From positions 1,005,910-1,069,909 of the forward strand of contig JAHPZH010000002.1 of assembly GCA_019058315.1 (NCBI GenBank): a stretch of DNA of 64,000 nucleotides, written 5' to 3'. The translations under genes and the position numbers were made by a program. The notes under the pieces are model-generated. The model ran no database searches. It was not told where the DNA came from and saw nothing but the letters and a program-made list of their open reading frames with translations. Source of the DNA: Candidatus Helarchaeota archaeon (GTDB lineage Archaea > Asgardarchaeota > Lokiarchaeia > Helarchaeales > RDOG01). This document shows, in pieces, positions 46,476 to 57,332 of the stretch (positions are counted from its first letter, which is position 1; every line of letters begins with the position of its first letter).

Positions 46476-49400
46476 GTGGGAAGAAATATGATTAATAAAA
46501 AAAATAAAATGAAATTTATAGGCATATTACTGATTTTCATCATGATTACTCCAATTGGGATTACTACATACCAAACATCTCTCGTAATAAATCAAGACGA
46601 TACTTTAAACAATAATTTTGAGAAATATTTAAATCTAAAATTATTAAATGAAAAACAATCACCTCAAGATAATTCTAAAACGACTCAACCGAACGTTCCC
46701 AATCTAGATTTTACCGATCCAACTCAAAATTCGGATAATACTGAACATAATTACGAAAGTCCTTATATTGATACGTCAATGATGAATAAAACTACGTATT
46801 ACGACTCGTCTGCTCTTGACCTACTGTATCAACAAATAATTAATGGAGAATTCAGTCTGGAACAAGCTTTCATTCAAAGCCAAGGAATGACCACTGAATA
46901 TACTGAGAAATATACAAATGAAACTCATACAGTCATTAATAGAACAATATCTGTTATTAATAATGATCCGATTAATATAGAAGATGCAATAATTAAAGCA
47001 ATTCCAACTGATTTAATTGATGATTTCCAAATTATTAAAAAACAAGAAGTAACTGATTACAATAAACATTTTATATCATTAGAAATGGCTAAAAACTTAG
47101 AATCTCTTATAAAACAAAACATTATTAACTGTTCCATAGACATTTTAGAATTTCAACAGTCAATTGAAAAAATTCTTAATGATACAATTTTAATAGCGAG
47201 TGTAAAGTATTTTCCAAAAAATGGTTTTAATAATAACAATCCTATAATTTCCAAATTATTATATGATACTTCTCAAACTCGTATCTTATTTGATTGTTTT
47301 ACTTCAAACATTATGAAGCCAAGACTAGATAACCGAAGTATTCTTCTAATATCTTCAAATAGTATGAAAAACAAAATTGATTTAGAGATTTCCGATACTG
47401 GGAATATTGGAGCAGATTTTCTTGGAACGTTTGTCTATTTTTCCTCTTTTAGTGCTAAATTTAAAGGGGATATTGTAATTGATCCTAATGGTTTTGTTTA
47501 TCAATCACAGCTTGGTGAAATTTCAATAAAAAATACTACAATTGCAAATATTAGTGGAAAAGTGAGTAAATCGGTGGATTTAGTATCTATATTCGTATAT
47601 TGGCCAATTCTTCTCATCCCAATTGTTAATAGTATTTTTACTGCTTGGTTTGCTGGAGCCCAAAATCAGATAATTTCTCGTTCATTCACTACATCTGTTT
47701 CATTTGAACCAAATTTTAACACTAATGATAATGCAAATATAATTACTATTTCTAAAGACTTAGGTTCTGGGGCAGGGGGTGCAGAAGTCCCTGTATCTGA
47801 AAGTATTATCATAAATCGAGATGTGAATGATAATAATACCCTAATTGGGGAATTATACTTTACTTTAGAACTATCTGGGACGTTAGGAGATATCATTTTA
47901 TCAGAACCTGTCTCAAAAATCACAATTTTTAATCAAATTGATGATACACTACAATATCTCAGAACTTGGAAAGATCCAACGATTGATATTGCAATAACGG
48001 ATGCAATTGTGGTTACTAAGACTAATGATCTAAATGTAATTGTCTTTAACAACATGGTAAGTCCAGATCAATTAGCTCTTAGGAACATTGAAATTGAATT
48101 GTCAATAGAAAACGAAACAAATTCCGATTCACTTCGATTTACAATGGATAATTTAACAAGCTTTAATTATATTATTAATGAATTAACAACTGCTTTTTGC
48201 ATGAATACTACAAAAATTGTCCCAAAGAATTTATCAAAAACAACTATAAAAGCACGAATAGTTTCATATCAATTATTTATTCATGGTTCTACAATTGATG
48301 TAACTTTAAATAATAATCTTGGAACTATTTCTGTTGTAAAAACTATAACAATATTAAATGAAACTGCAGATCCTCAAATATTTCATATTAGTGGGGATTA
48401 TAAAAAACAAGATACCCCTAATGATTTTTCAGAACCTGGTGAGGGTTTTGAAATAACAATCCAAATAAAAAATGTTGGTTTCAAACCATGTAAGAACCTT
48501 AAACTTTTAGTTTACTTCAGAAGAAGTGGAGAAGAGTATAATCTACCAATAGTATTAAATTATATGACTTACTTAGCCGAAAATTCAACTGGAATTTTAG
48601 AAAATTATACTTTATCTTTGACCTTAGTTGATACTTATTTTATTAGATTTGGATTTAATTTTGAATATAACTCTTCCCAAGGACCCATAAACATAACTAA
48701 AACAAATTTTGATCCCCTAGAACTGCCAGATGAAACAATAGATATTGAAAAAAACATATCAATTAGTAATAATCCAACAATTCTTATATCTTTTTCAAGT
48801 GGGGATGGTTATGAAGAATTGTCTGTAAATTTGAAAAATAATGCACAATCTGTCAATTTATATTTTGATACAAGTGTTCAACAGACTTATGTTAAGAAAA
48901 TTTATGAAGGTTTAACTATTGATGATGTACTGGGAGCAATATTTGGCTTTGTAGGAGATGTAATTGATGAAGTATTTGAGCCTATGCTTCCCACACCTGG
49001 ATATGATGAAAATCCAGCTTCTTACACTTTGAAACTTATTAAAAAATTATTAGAAATGAAATTTATATCTGAAGAAGCTAAGAATAAGGCAGGAATTCAA
49101 GGTTTTGCAATTGATTTAGGGATTAGAGCAGGTTTTACAATATTATATTACCTTCTTTATGGGTTTTCGCAAGTTCTTGAAGTAAAGGACTTAAGAAGCA
49201 AAAATCTATTTCCAATTTCGATGGTTAATTTTACTAATTATCAACAAAATATCACTTTAAGTGAAAGACTGATTTTTAAAGATTGGCAGATTACTGATCC
49301 GAAGGGATGGTGGCTCTGGTATTGGACTACTGGATATACTAAGATAGAAGAGACTTTAAAGTTTACATTTCATGTTTATGATGAATATGGGAATAATTAT

Positions 49401-52400
49401 AACCCAGATGTTGAAACAACCGCTCATAATAAAGCAACTTATCCGGATAAAGCTACTCATAGTTATGATGGTACGATTAAAACTGTTGATAATGTCAATA
49501 TTAACATAAATGTTGCAGATTTTTGGAAAACTATAGCTGATATTAGACTTGGACAATGGCTAGATTTCTTAATAGCATCTTCAACAATAATTGTAGAGGT
49601 AATTTTAGTATGTTTGCCATTTGGTATTGGGGCATTTTTTTCACCTTTATTAATGCCACATATAATAGGAAATGCAATTAGTGCTGCTATTTCTATTGCA
49701 GTATGTGGTGTTATGACATTAATTGTTCTTTTTGACCCTGATGAAAATTATACAAATGTAGTCGAACCTATACCATATCCAATTCAAGAAATGTTTCTAA
49801 ATGATTCCCAATCTGCACTAGCAGCGGAAAGAGCAGAAATTCTTTCCAATATTTATGGTTATATAAATGCTTCAAAAATTACAAATTTTAGAATGACAGC
49901 CGCTAAAAATGACTTTAATAGTACCTACATTGATTTACAAGCGAATGCTCTATTAAATTTTACAGAAAAAATTGATTTCTACTGTAATGACCTATTAATT
50001 AATGCACTATTACATGATAGTGGGAATAAAACAATAATAGATAACCAAACTGCTGAAGAAACAGCCGAATTTATAAAGGAAAACGGTATTACTCCAGATT
50101 TAGAACAAAAATTAAAACCTTTAGAAGATGATGCACAAGAGGCCATGAATCCTAGTGATTATCCAACAAATATAACTGAATTTAATTCAACGGACTTTTT
50201 TGAAGAAGAATTTACTTCTAAAATAAATAAGACTATGGTACAACAAATCTTAAATAATTCTTTAAGTTTAAATGAGACTCTAAAATTTGTTTTTAAAGTC
50301 AAAGCTTTCTCTTCTTATCTACGTCAAGAAGCTTTTAATGGTAAAATTTACATTGAAACACAAATAAATAATGAGACGGTTAGTGATCTTTCTCCTTCAC
50401 AACAATCAAACTTAACTTATTGGAACTCCTCACTACTAAACGCTCTGAATGACCATAATTACACTAATTTACAATATTATATGGAAGAATTAAATGATAC
50501 TATTTGGGATATTCTCCTCACTACAAATAATGGCTCAATTGTTCCATATTATGAAAAAGTAGTCAGTGCAAAATACAATCTGATTAATCAAATAAGATTT
50601 ACTTCTATAAATTACCCAAATCTTATTGTTTTAGACAAAACCAAGGAAAAATCGTATGAGAACTATTCCTTTAGTGTGATGAATTCTGGCTTTCTAAATA
50701 CCACTTTCAAAGCAGAAATGATTTCATTTCCGTCCGAGTTCTCAACAGACTTTGTGGCAAATCAATTCTATCTTGGCAGAAATGACCGAATAATACAAAA
50801 TTTTACGATATCTTTACCCAATAATACTATTCTTAATAAAACAAATTATGAATTTCAAATCAAGATTTCATCTTTAATAAATCCAAATATATATGAGATT
50901 CTTAATTATTCAGTTGAAATCGCCAATTATGACTTTGAGGCTAGAATAATTGATGTTATTGATTCAATTCAACCTGGTGATAAAGCAAAATATTTACTTG
51001 AAATTGAAAATCTAGGAAACACATATGACATTTATGAAATATCATATTCTGGTACTCTACCAGAAGACTGGTTCACTCATCCAGTAGAATTATTTATGAT
51101 GGATGATAATGCTGATAATTATTCAATATTAGTCGATGTTCCTCGCTTACCTACCTCAACACCTGGGCTTTATACATGTTTCATTAATATTCAGTCATTT
51201 TATAACTCAAGTTTGAATAAATCGTATCAATTTAATGTAGAAATATTACCATATTATGAATTTAGTTCTTATATTGAACTATTAAATAATGCAATAGAAC
51301 CTGGTGATTCATTTCTATTTAATCTCTCAATTTATAATTTTGGAAATACAATAGAAACTTATTCCTTAGAGATTCTTAACCTTCCTGATGGTTGGTCTTT
51401 AAATACAACGTCCGTTACTCTATCTCCAAACGAAAGTAAATCAATGATTGTAGCTTTGGATGTGATTAGGAATTACACCATACAACCTCTTAATTATTCT
51501 TTACAATTCAGATTAAATTCTACAAGTTTAGCAGATTATTACGATGAATTTGGCTTTACAGTTAAAATTATACCGTTTGTTGATTTGATTTATGAAATAA
51601 CACCATTAACTCTTCAGGTCCCTGTCGATTCACAGACTGGAATTTATAAAGTTAAAATTACAAATATGGGAAATATTCCTGAAAATATCAGCTTTACTTG
51701 TTCTCAACAACCTGCTAATTCATGGTTAACCCCCCTTGACACAGTGGAATTAGATATATTAGAAAGTGTTACATTAATACTCAATTTAACAGTACCAAAA
51801 TCTTGGGATTCATTTGCAGGTGGATATAATTTCACTTTAGATATCCAAATGGAAAATTATAATAAAATCGATTCAAAATATTTTGAATTTACCGTTTTAC
51901 CATTTTATGATTTTACATTGAACTATAATCCACTAAGTTTTACTATAGATCCTGGAGATTCAAATGATATAATATTTCAAATAGGAAACTTAGGAAATAT
52001 TGCTACCACATTCGACATAAAAGATTTAATTGGTTTATCATCAGATTGGTATTCGATAAATAATCTGCCTATAACTCTAGATCCTGGTCAAAATTCTACA
52101 TTTACAGTAAGTGTTTCTCCACCCCGTTCTCCCTATACTACTCCTGGAACTTACTCATTTTCAGGTAAAGTGTACGTATTAGAAGATAATGCTGTCTTTA
52201 AGACCTTTTTAACAACTATAACAATCTTACCTTTCGCAGAATTCGATTATTCGATCGAACCATCATCCCTAGAGATATTTATGGGGTATTCAAAAGAAGT
52301 GGAAATCTCTATAACTAATCTTGGTAATATAAATGACACTTTTATGATAGATTTGTCATTTAACAATTCTCTAGTTGAAAATTTCACGCAGATAGATGCA

Positions 52401-53246
52401 ACAGAAGTCAATTTATCAATAGATTCTTCAAAAACTATTAAATTAACTATAACTGTTCCCTTAATGCCTCTAATTGAAGATATAAACGGATTAATTAAAG
52501 TAAATATCTCTTCAGTATTCGATCCATCAATTTCTGCCGAATCGGAAATTACACTCAAAATTATCGCCTCTCCAATCGGAATGTTACAATATGTAATACT
52601 AAAACTCCAGGAATTAAAGAATTACGCAAAAGATAACTTTTCAGAATGTTTAAGTAAAAAAGTTATATGTAAACTTAATATTTCGGAGAAATTTTTAGAC
52701 ATGGCTATCTGTGCATACAATAAATGTTATGAAACTACATCTATTATATTTGAAATGGTTTCGGAAGCTTTACTAAGTATCTCAGAATTATACCTAGATT
52801 TAGCAGAATTGTTCAATTGCATTGACTATAATATAACAAATCCATTCCATACGAAATTATACTTAATCTACTCACAAATAACTTTAATCAAAGCTAGAAC
52901 TATAGATACAAATATTGCGTATGAAATAGCAGAAGTAAAAATTAATATGTTAAATATTGCTCTTTGGATAAAGACCGGACAGAACTTTTGGCTAGAATTA
53001 TTAAATTACCTAAAAATTAAAAGTATAATTCTCGCACTTGATGTAGCACTACTAATGCAATCGTTAAATAATTCACAAGCAACCTATAATAATCTTTATT
53101 CAGCTAGCTACAAAATCTCATGTACAATTTCAAGTATTAGCTTTCTCTCCTTATTTAATCTAATAGATGAAGAAACAAAGGAGTACTTAATAACTAATTT
53201 AGAAATGAATAAGGCTTTAATTGAAGAGATTTCAGGTCAAATTTAA
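46476..53246 (+). CDS. Large secreted protein of about 2,250 aa with CARDB-like and six NEW3/COG1470-type Ig repeats and internal hydrophobic segments
   Basis: Signal KKNKMKFIGILLIFIMI (start probably ATG 46488); repeats of about 108 aa with PG..x.Y/F...I.NxGN..D/E.Y/F motifs at about 50600-52560; hydrophobic pair at 49557-49735; helical C-terminus. Confidence 0.85.
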   Translation: MGRNMINKKNKMKFIGILLIFIMITPIGITTYQTSLVINQDDTLNNNFEKYLNLKLLNEKQSPQDNSKTTQPNVPNLDFTDPTQNSDNTEHNYESPYIDTSMMNKTTYYDSSALDLLYQQIINGEFSLEQAFIQSQGMTTEYTEKYTNETHTVINRTISVINNDPINIEDAIIKAIPTDLIDDFQIIKKQEVTDYNKHFISLEMAKNLESLIKQNIINCSIDILEFQQSIEKILNDTILIASVKYFPKNGFNNNNPIISKLLYDTSQTRILFDCFTSNIMKPRLDNRSILLISSNSMKNKIDLEISDTGNIGADFLGTFVYFSSFSAKFKGDIVIDPNGFVYQSQLGEISIKNTTIANISGKVSKSVDLVSIFVYWPILLIPIVNSIFTAWFAGAQNQIISRSFTTSVSFEPNFNTNDNANIITISKDLGSGAGGAEVPVSESIIINRDVNDNNTLIGELYFTLELSGTLGDIILSEPVSKITIFNQIDDTLQYLRTWKDPTIDIAITDAIVVTKTNDLNVIVFNNMVSPDQLALRNIEIELSIENETNSDSLRFTMDNLTSFNYIINELTTAFCMNTTKIVPKNLSKTTIKARIVSYQLFIHGSTIDVTLNNNLGTISVVKTITILNETADPQIFHISGDYKKQDTPNDFSEPGEGFEITIQIKNVGFKPCKNLKLLVYFRRSGEEYNLPIVLNYMTYLAENSTGILENYTLSLTLVDTYFIRFGFNFEYNSSQGPINITKTNFDPLELPDETIDIEKNISISNNPTILISFSSGDGYEELSVNLKNNAQSVNLYFDTSVQQTYVKKIYEGLTIDDVLGAIFGFVGDVIDEVFEPMLPTPGYDENPASYTLKLIKKLLEMKFISEEAKNKAGIQGFAIDLGIRAGFTILYYLLYGFSQVLEVKDLRSKNLFPISMVNFTNYQQNITLSERLIFKDWQITDPKGWWLWYWTTGYTKIEETLKFTFHVYDEYGNNYNPDVETTAHNKATYPDKATHSYDGTIKTVDNVNININVADFWKTIADIRLGQWLDFLIASSTIIVEVILVCLPFGIGAFFSPLLMPHIIGNAISAAISIAVCGVMTLIVLFDPDENYTNVVEPIPYPIQEMFLNDSQSALAAERAEILSNIYGYINASKITNFRMTAAKNDFNSTYIDLQANALLNFTEKIDFYCNDLLINALLHDSGNKTIIDNQTAEETAEFIKENGITPDLEQKLKPLEDDAQEAMNPSDYPTNITEFNSTDFFEEEFTSKINKTMVQQILNNSLSLNETLKFVFKVKAFSSYLRQEAFNGKIYIETQINNETVSDLSPSQQSNLTYWNSSLLNALNDHNYTNLQYYMEELNDTIWDILLTTNNGSIVPYYEKVVSAKYNLINQIRFTSINYPNLIVLDKTKEKSYENYSFSVMNSGFLNTTFKAEMISFPSEFSTDFVANQFYLGRNDRIIQNFTISLPNNTILNKTNYEFQIKISSLINPNIYEILNYSVEIANYDFEARIIDVIDSIQPGDKAKYLLEIENLGNTYDIYEISYSGTLPEDWFTHPVELFMMDDNADNYSILVDVPRLPTSTPGLYTCFINIQSFYNSSLNKSYQFNVEILPYYEFSSYIELLNNAIEPGDSFLFNLSIYNFGNTIETYSLEILNLPDGWSLNTTSVTLSPNESKSMIVALDVIRNYTIQPLNYSLQFRLNSTSLADYYDEFGFTVKIIPFVDLIYEITPLTLQVPVDSQTGIYKVKITNMGNIPENISFTCSQQPANSWLTPLDTVELDILESVTLILNLTVPKSWDSFAGGYNFTLDIQMENYNKIDSKYFEFTVLPFYDFTLNYNPLSFTIDPGDSNDIIFQIGNLGNIATTFDIKDLIGLSSDWYSINNLPITLDPGQNSTFTVSVSPPRSPYTTPGTYSFSGKVYVLEDNAVFKTFLTTITILPFAEFDYSIEPSSLEIFMGYSKEVEISITNLGNINDTFMIDLSFNNSLVENFTQIDATEVNLSIDSSKTIKLTITVPLMPLIEDINGLIKVNISSVFDPSISAESEITLKIIASPIGMLQYVILKLQELKNYAKDNFSECLSKKVICKLNISEKFLDMAICAYNKCYETTSIIFEMVSEALLSISELYLDLAELFNCIDYNITNPFHTKLYLIYSQITLIKARTIDTNIAYEIAEVKINMLNIALWIKTGQNFWLELLNYLKIKSIILALDVALLMQSLNNSQATYNNLYSASYKISCTISSISFLSLFNLIDEETKEYLITNLEMNKALIEEISGQI

Positions 53247-53531
53247 AAATTCCTTCTTTTTTTAATTATAAATTTAAAAGATATATTTAACATCTTAAAT
53301 ATCCCAAATTTCACCAATATAATTTATTTTAAGAAATAAATTACCTTTTAGAAAATTTTACTTGTCCTATTTCCTCACTTTTTATATTTAGTATGAAAAA
53401 TAATTTATAATAAATTTAATAATTAATAAAGTCTGTAAGAATTAATTATTTAAATTGAGATATTGATAGATTAATCTATTTAATTTATTTATAAAGTCGA
53501 TTCTAGTAATATTAGGAGTTGAATAATTAAA

Positions 53532-53705
53532 TTGAAAAAAGAAATTGATATTCCCGAGGAGTTAGGAGAAATTATCATTAAATTTATCGACTCACACTCA
53601 AATTTTAATAATTTAAACGAATTTGCTAAAGCAGCATTTGAATCTTTTTTACAAAATGATGAATTTTTACAGAGTAAAATAACCGCTCTCGATAAAACGA
53701 AATAA
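53532..53705 (+). CDS. Small ribbon-helix-helix (CopG-like) protein, 57 aa, below the track's length cut-off
   Basis: AGGAG SD at about 53514, then TTG; MKKEIDIPEELGEIIIKFIDSHSNFNNLNEFAKAAFESFLQNDEFLQSKITALDKTK. Confidence 0.6.
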   Translation: MKKEIDIPEELGEIIIKFIDSHSNFNNLNEFAKAAFESFLQNDEFLQSKITALDKTK

Positions 53706-53857
53706 AGGAATAAAGAGTAAGATTTTTACTAAAGGATAAATTTTAATTTGTAGAAATTATTTAATTTTAAAATTAAATAAAAATAATATAAAAAAAGAAA
53801 AAAGTTTGAAAAATCTCGGGAAAAATTGGAGAATAAGGTTTTTAATAGGTGATAGTT

Positions 53858-54124
53858 ATGAGTGAAGATGAACAAGCAGTCAAACATGCGATTTTTTTAC
53901 TAAATCAAATAGTCAATGACAACTCCATTCCGCGAAATATTAGGCGAGCAGCAAACGAATCAGTAGAATTATTAGAAACCGGTAAAGATTCAATTGCCTC
54001 TCGTGCAATATCAGTTATTATGACGCTTGAAGACACCTCCCAGGATCCAAACTGTCCATCATATGCAAGGACTAAGATATTTAAAATACAATCTCTTTTA
54101 GCTCCCTTAAAGGATGATGTATAA
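53858..54124 (+). CDS. UPF0147 family protein
   Basis: LNQIVNDNSIPRNIRRAA...RAISVIMTLEDTSQDPNCPSYARTKIF is the conserved archaeal UPF0147 pattern; the GGTGA SD favours ATG 53858. Confidence 0.9.
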   Translation: MSEDEQAVKHAIFLLNQIVNDNSIPRNIRRAANESVELLETGKDSIASRAISVIMTLEDTSQDPNCPSYARTKIFKIQSLLAPLKDDV

Positions 54125-54413
54125 TTAAATTTTCACCTCTTTCTCTTTAATATTTTTAAATTATTTCAATTTATATTTTCAACTTATTATGGAATCTTAT
54201 ATTATCAAATCAAATTATATCATGATATAATAAAAGAAAAAGATGGGAGGTTTAAATTAACTCAAGGAATAGATTTACAAATGTTATTTTTTTTGTTTTG
54301 GCAAAGGACAAACTAGATGCTTTAATAATATATTTTCTGCCTTGAAAAATAATAGTTTTTTGATTTTTAATCTTGTGTAATTTGTCCATTTTACTCATTT
54401 GTCAATCTCTCGA

Positions 54414-55070
54414 TTATGTTATTGTCTTTAACCTACTTTCAATTTTTTGAATAACCTCTTCCAAATAGGAACTTAATGAGGAATCTTCTAATTTATCTGA
54501 TACTTCTTTTAAAGTATTAACTATGGCTAAAGCTTGTTCAAATTCTGAACTATCCAAATAGATTTTAGCTTTCTTAAATAATTCTTCAATTTCATTTGCA
54601 TACATTTGATCCTGAAATGATTTAAAAAGACCTGTGGAGGTAGCTTGTGTATCCCAATAATTAACAGTTTGTATTCTATCAATAATGTGATTTAAAATAG
54701 CTCTATATTTATCTATTTTACAAATAAAAGTCACCAAACGATTTGCATTCGTTATTTTTGCAGATAGAACTATCATTACTTTTTCTGCGACTTTGAAAAA
54801 TATCAATCTCTTTATTGGGATGGCAAACGCTCCCAAATCCATCAGTTCAAAGTTTGATTTTGTATATTCTTGAATATATTTGTAAAAATGATCAAGTTCA
54901 TTGTCGATATATTTCATATTTCCTTTATCATCACAAATAGCAACATAAATTCCTAAATTTCCTAACAAGGCGACTAATTCTTTTTTTATAGATTCTATAA
55001 TTAAATCAATTTTAGGTTTATTTTTATATGTATATTGAAACATTTCTAAAGAACGATTAATTTCTTCCAT
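54414..55070 (-). CDS. Hypothetical protein with a profilin/roadblock-like N-domain and a C-terminal helical hairpin; paralog of 62796..63515
   Basis: VAICDDKGNMKYID...YIQEYTKSNF...FAIP...FFKVAEKVMIVL aligns by eye with the N-domain of 62796..63515. Confidence 0.7.
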   Translation of the reverse strand: MEEINRSLEMFQYTYKNKPKIDLIIESIKKELVALLGNLGIYVAICDDKGNMKYIDNELDHFYKYIQEYTKSNFELMDLGAFAIPIKRLIFFKVAEKVMIVLSAKITNANRLVTFICKIDKYRAILNHIIDRIQTVNYWDTQATSTGLFKSFQDQMYANEIEELFKKAKIYLDSSEFEQALAIVNTLKEVSDKLEDSSLSSYLEEVIQKIESRLKTIT

Positions 55071-55132
55071 TTTTTTACCAACCTTTTATTATTTACAAAA
55101 AAAAAGGAAATTATAGATGAAATTTCGATAGT

Positions 55133-56632
55133 TTATTCATGTCGTCCACAGAAAAATACCCTTATACCGAATGCCACTGCATATGATGTTTCCGTTCTGT
55201 AGATGAATAGAAATATTCTACCAAGATCACCCTTTCCAAAATAAAATTCGAAACAATCTGTCTTATATTGTTCAATAATATCCCAAGATGCTTTTTGATC
55301 ACAAATTTCTAATTTAATCGAGTCTTCTAAGAGGGATAAGGTACCTTCCCCTCGATATCTTTGCCAACCGATTCGAAGTCTACCAAATCCCTCGAAATCT
55401 TCATTCTTGGAATTTATCCAACCGTTTTCTTCCATAAATGGGTAATTATCATAACTTGTTTGTGGCCAGGATAAATCAGTATCTCCTATACCATCTTCAG
55501 CAATTGAATGTTTATCCATTCCGCTTCCATCATCAAGTCCGATATAATCGGACCAATAATTTCCTTCTAGCAAATCTGGATGATACCAATAGTTTTCTGA
55601 TGGGTTACGATCCGATACTTGGTTTGTATTATTTATTAAATTATTATGATAAATGAGATTATTTGTCGAAAATGATAGTTCGATGCCTAAAAGAGAATTT
55701 TTTACAATAGAATTTTCAAATATAGTGTTGTTTGAAGTATAAGTGGCACGAATACCATAGCGATTGTTTGTGATATAGTTTTCAGTTATTATATTATTTG
55801 AATCTTGAGTTATCATTAAACCAAACCAACCAGATTCAGATATTTCGTTTCTAATTATTTTATTGTTTGAAGAATAAGGGCATGATATTCCATAATATTG
55901 GTTACCTGTAATATTATTTCCAGTTATAATATTGCCTGAAGAAGACCAGAGCATGATGCCATAAAGCCATCCTTTAATTACAACATTTTTAATGGTAACG
56001 TTACTACGATCATACAAATAGATACCATAAGGACCAGAATCTTGTAGCGTATAACCGTTTCCATCTATTACTATGTTATCTGCAACTACATAAATTGATT
56101 CAAAGATATCTTGAGTAAAAGTATAATCAGATGAAATATAGATGGTTGATGGCTCTTCTTTAATGTAAATATGATGTGGCTTACTAATATCTTGAGTATA
56201 GCTATATTCTCCATCTGAATCCGTTGTTATTGTTCCGATAAACTGATCATCTTGATACATATAATATGTTGTAATGGGTTCAAAGCCAGAAATGGTTATT
56301 AAAGTTGAGGTTGCTGAGTTTTTACTTTCTATAATGAAACTAATCAATCTTGGAATGGATTCCAAGCGAATTTGAACTGATTCGCTGCTACTTAAAATAA
56401 TATTATGGTATTTACTGTCAGTTAATTCAAAACAAGTTCCTGTTGCTTCTACAAACCATTCACCTTTTACAACCTCTGAATGAGATAATTTTCTGATTGA
56501 TGTCTGTAAGAGTTGTGGGAGATAAGTCATTTGTGCTGTTCTTGTACCAATGGTTGCTGATAAGGGTATTATTATTGAAACCGCTAGGAGCAAACATATG
56601 GCAAATTTCTTTCCTTTTTTGCTATTTTTCAA
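55133..56632 (-). CDS. Secreted NosD/CASH-type right-handed beta-helix protein
   Basis: Signal peptide; ADNIVIDGNGYTL; GIxLxxSxNNxIxxNxI repeats; NNLIYHNNLINN...GNYWSDY...DGIGD...DNYP. Confidence 0.9.
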   Translation of the reverse strand: MKNSKKGKKFAICLLLAVSIIIPLSATIGTRTAQMTYLPQLLQTSIRKLSHSEVVKGEWFVEATGTCFELTDSKYHNIILSSSESVQIRLESIPRLISFIIESKNSATSTLITISGFEPITTYYMYQDDQFIGTITTDSDGEYSYTQDISKPHHIYIKEEPSTIYISSDYTFTQDIFESIYVVADNIVIDGNGYTLQDSGPYGIYLYDRSNVTIKNVVIKGWLYGIMLWSSSGNIITGNNITGNQYYGISCPYSSNNKIIRNEISESGWFGLMITQDSNNIITENYITNNRYGIRATYTSNNTIFENSIVKNSLLGIELSFSTNNLIYHNNLINNTNQVSDRNPSENYWYHPDLLEGNYWSDYIGLDDGSGMDKHSIAEDGIGDTDLSWPQTSYDNYPFMEENGWINSKNEDFEGFGRLRIGWQRYRGEGTLSLLEDSIKLEICDQKASWDIIEQYKTDCFEFYFGKGDLGRIFLFIYRTETSYAVAFGIRVFFCGRHE

Positions 56633-57172
56633 CCTTTCTTATCTCCATTTTTTGGGTATTTTATCATCACGCCCCTCCTCGGCGCTCGTAATAAAATATA
56701 AATATTCCTAATTTTTTTAATGCTCTATTCAATTTTTTTATGTCCTTTTTAGAAATAACAGATTTTTTAGATTCAATCTCTGAAATATCTCGAATTAGCT
56801 TTTTAGAACTTTTGACTTTATCCATTTAATAACCAACTTTTCAAAATTCAGCAAAAATTTTATTTTATTTGTAGGATAAAAAAATTTGAATTTCACAAAA
56901 AATCATGAATATATTGCGATGATCTTCAGATCATCAAGTTGTTATAACAAATATCGCAATTAATAAAACTTATAAATGTAAAAATCGCAAAAAATGTTTT
57001 TTTTTTTGTAAAAATTAACATAAAGATATTTAATTTATAAGTAAAATTAGAAGATTATTTTATGAATAAGAAATAAAATTGAGGGTTATTTTATTTCTAA
57101 TATATAGCGCGTTTGTTATTTATAGAAATTTTGGCTCCAAATAATACTGATTATTTTTTGAATAATATTATG

Positions 57173-57255
57173 ATTGCAAATTTGCAAAACTAAAAAAAAA
57201 TTAAAAATTAGCGTTAATTGGTATTGCAAATTTGCAAAGTTAAAAAAAAATTAAA
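57173..57255. repeat. Direct repeat pair (33 bp, 50-bp period), each with the perfect palindrome TTGCAAATTTGCAA
   Basis: attgcaaatttgcaaaactaaaaaaaaattaaa (57173) and attgcaaatttgcaaagttaaaaaaaaattaaa (57223). Confidence 0.8.
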
Positions 57256-57332
57256 CCATATTGCATTTGTATTAATGTAAATTTAGAAAAATAGAGTAGA
57301 ATTAAGATATGAGTTTTACTATTTTCACCAAA

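Noticed and set aside
56663-56669. C/D-box sRNA (GTGATGA on the minus strand)
   Set aside because: No CTGA D box at a suitable distance.
57173-57255. Possible mini-CRISPR array
   Set aside because: Only two units, a 17-bp spacer, A-tract-rich, and no cas genes.
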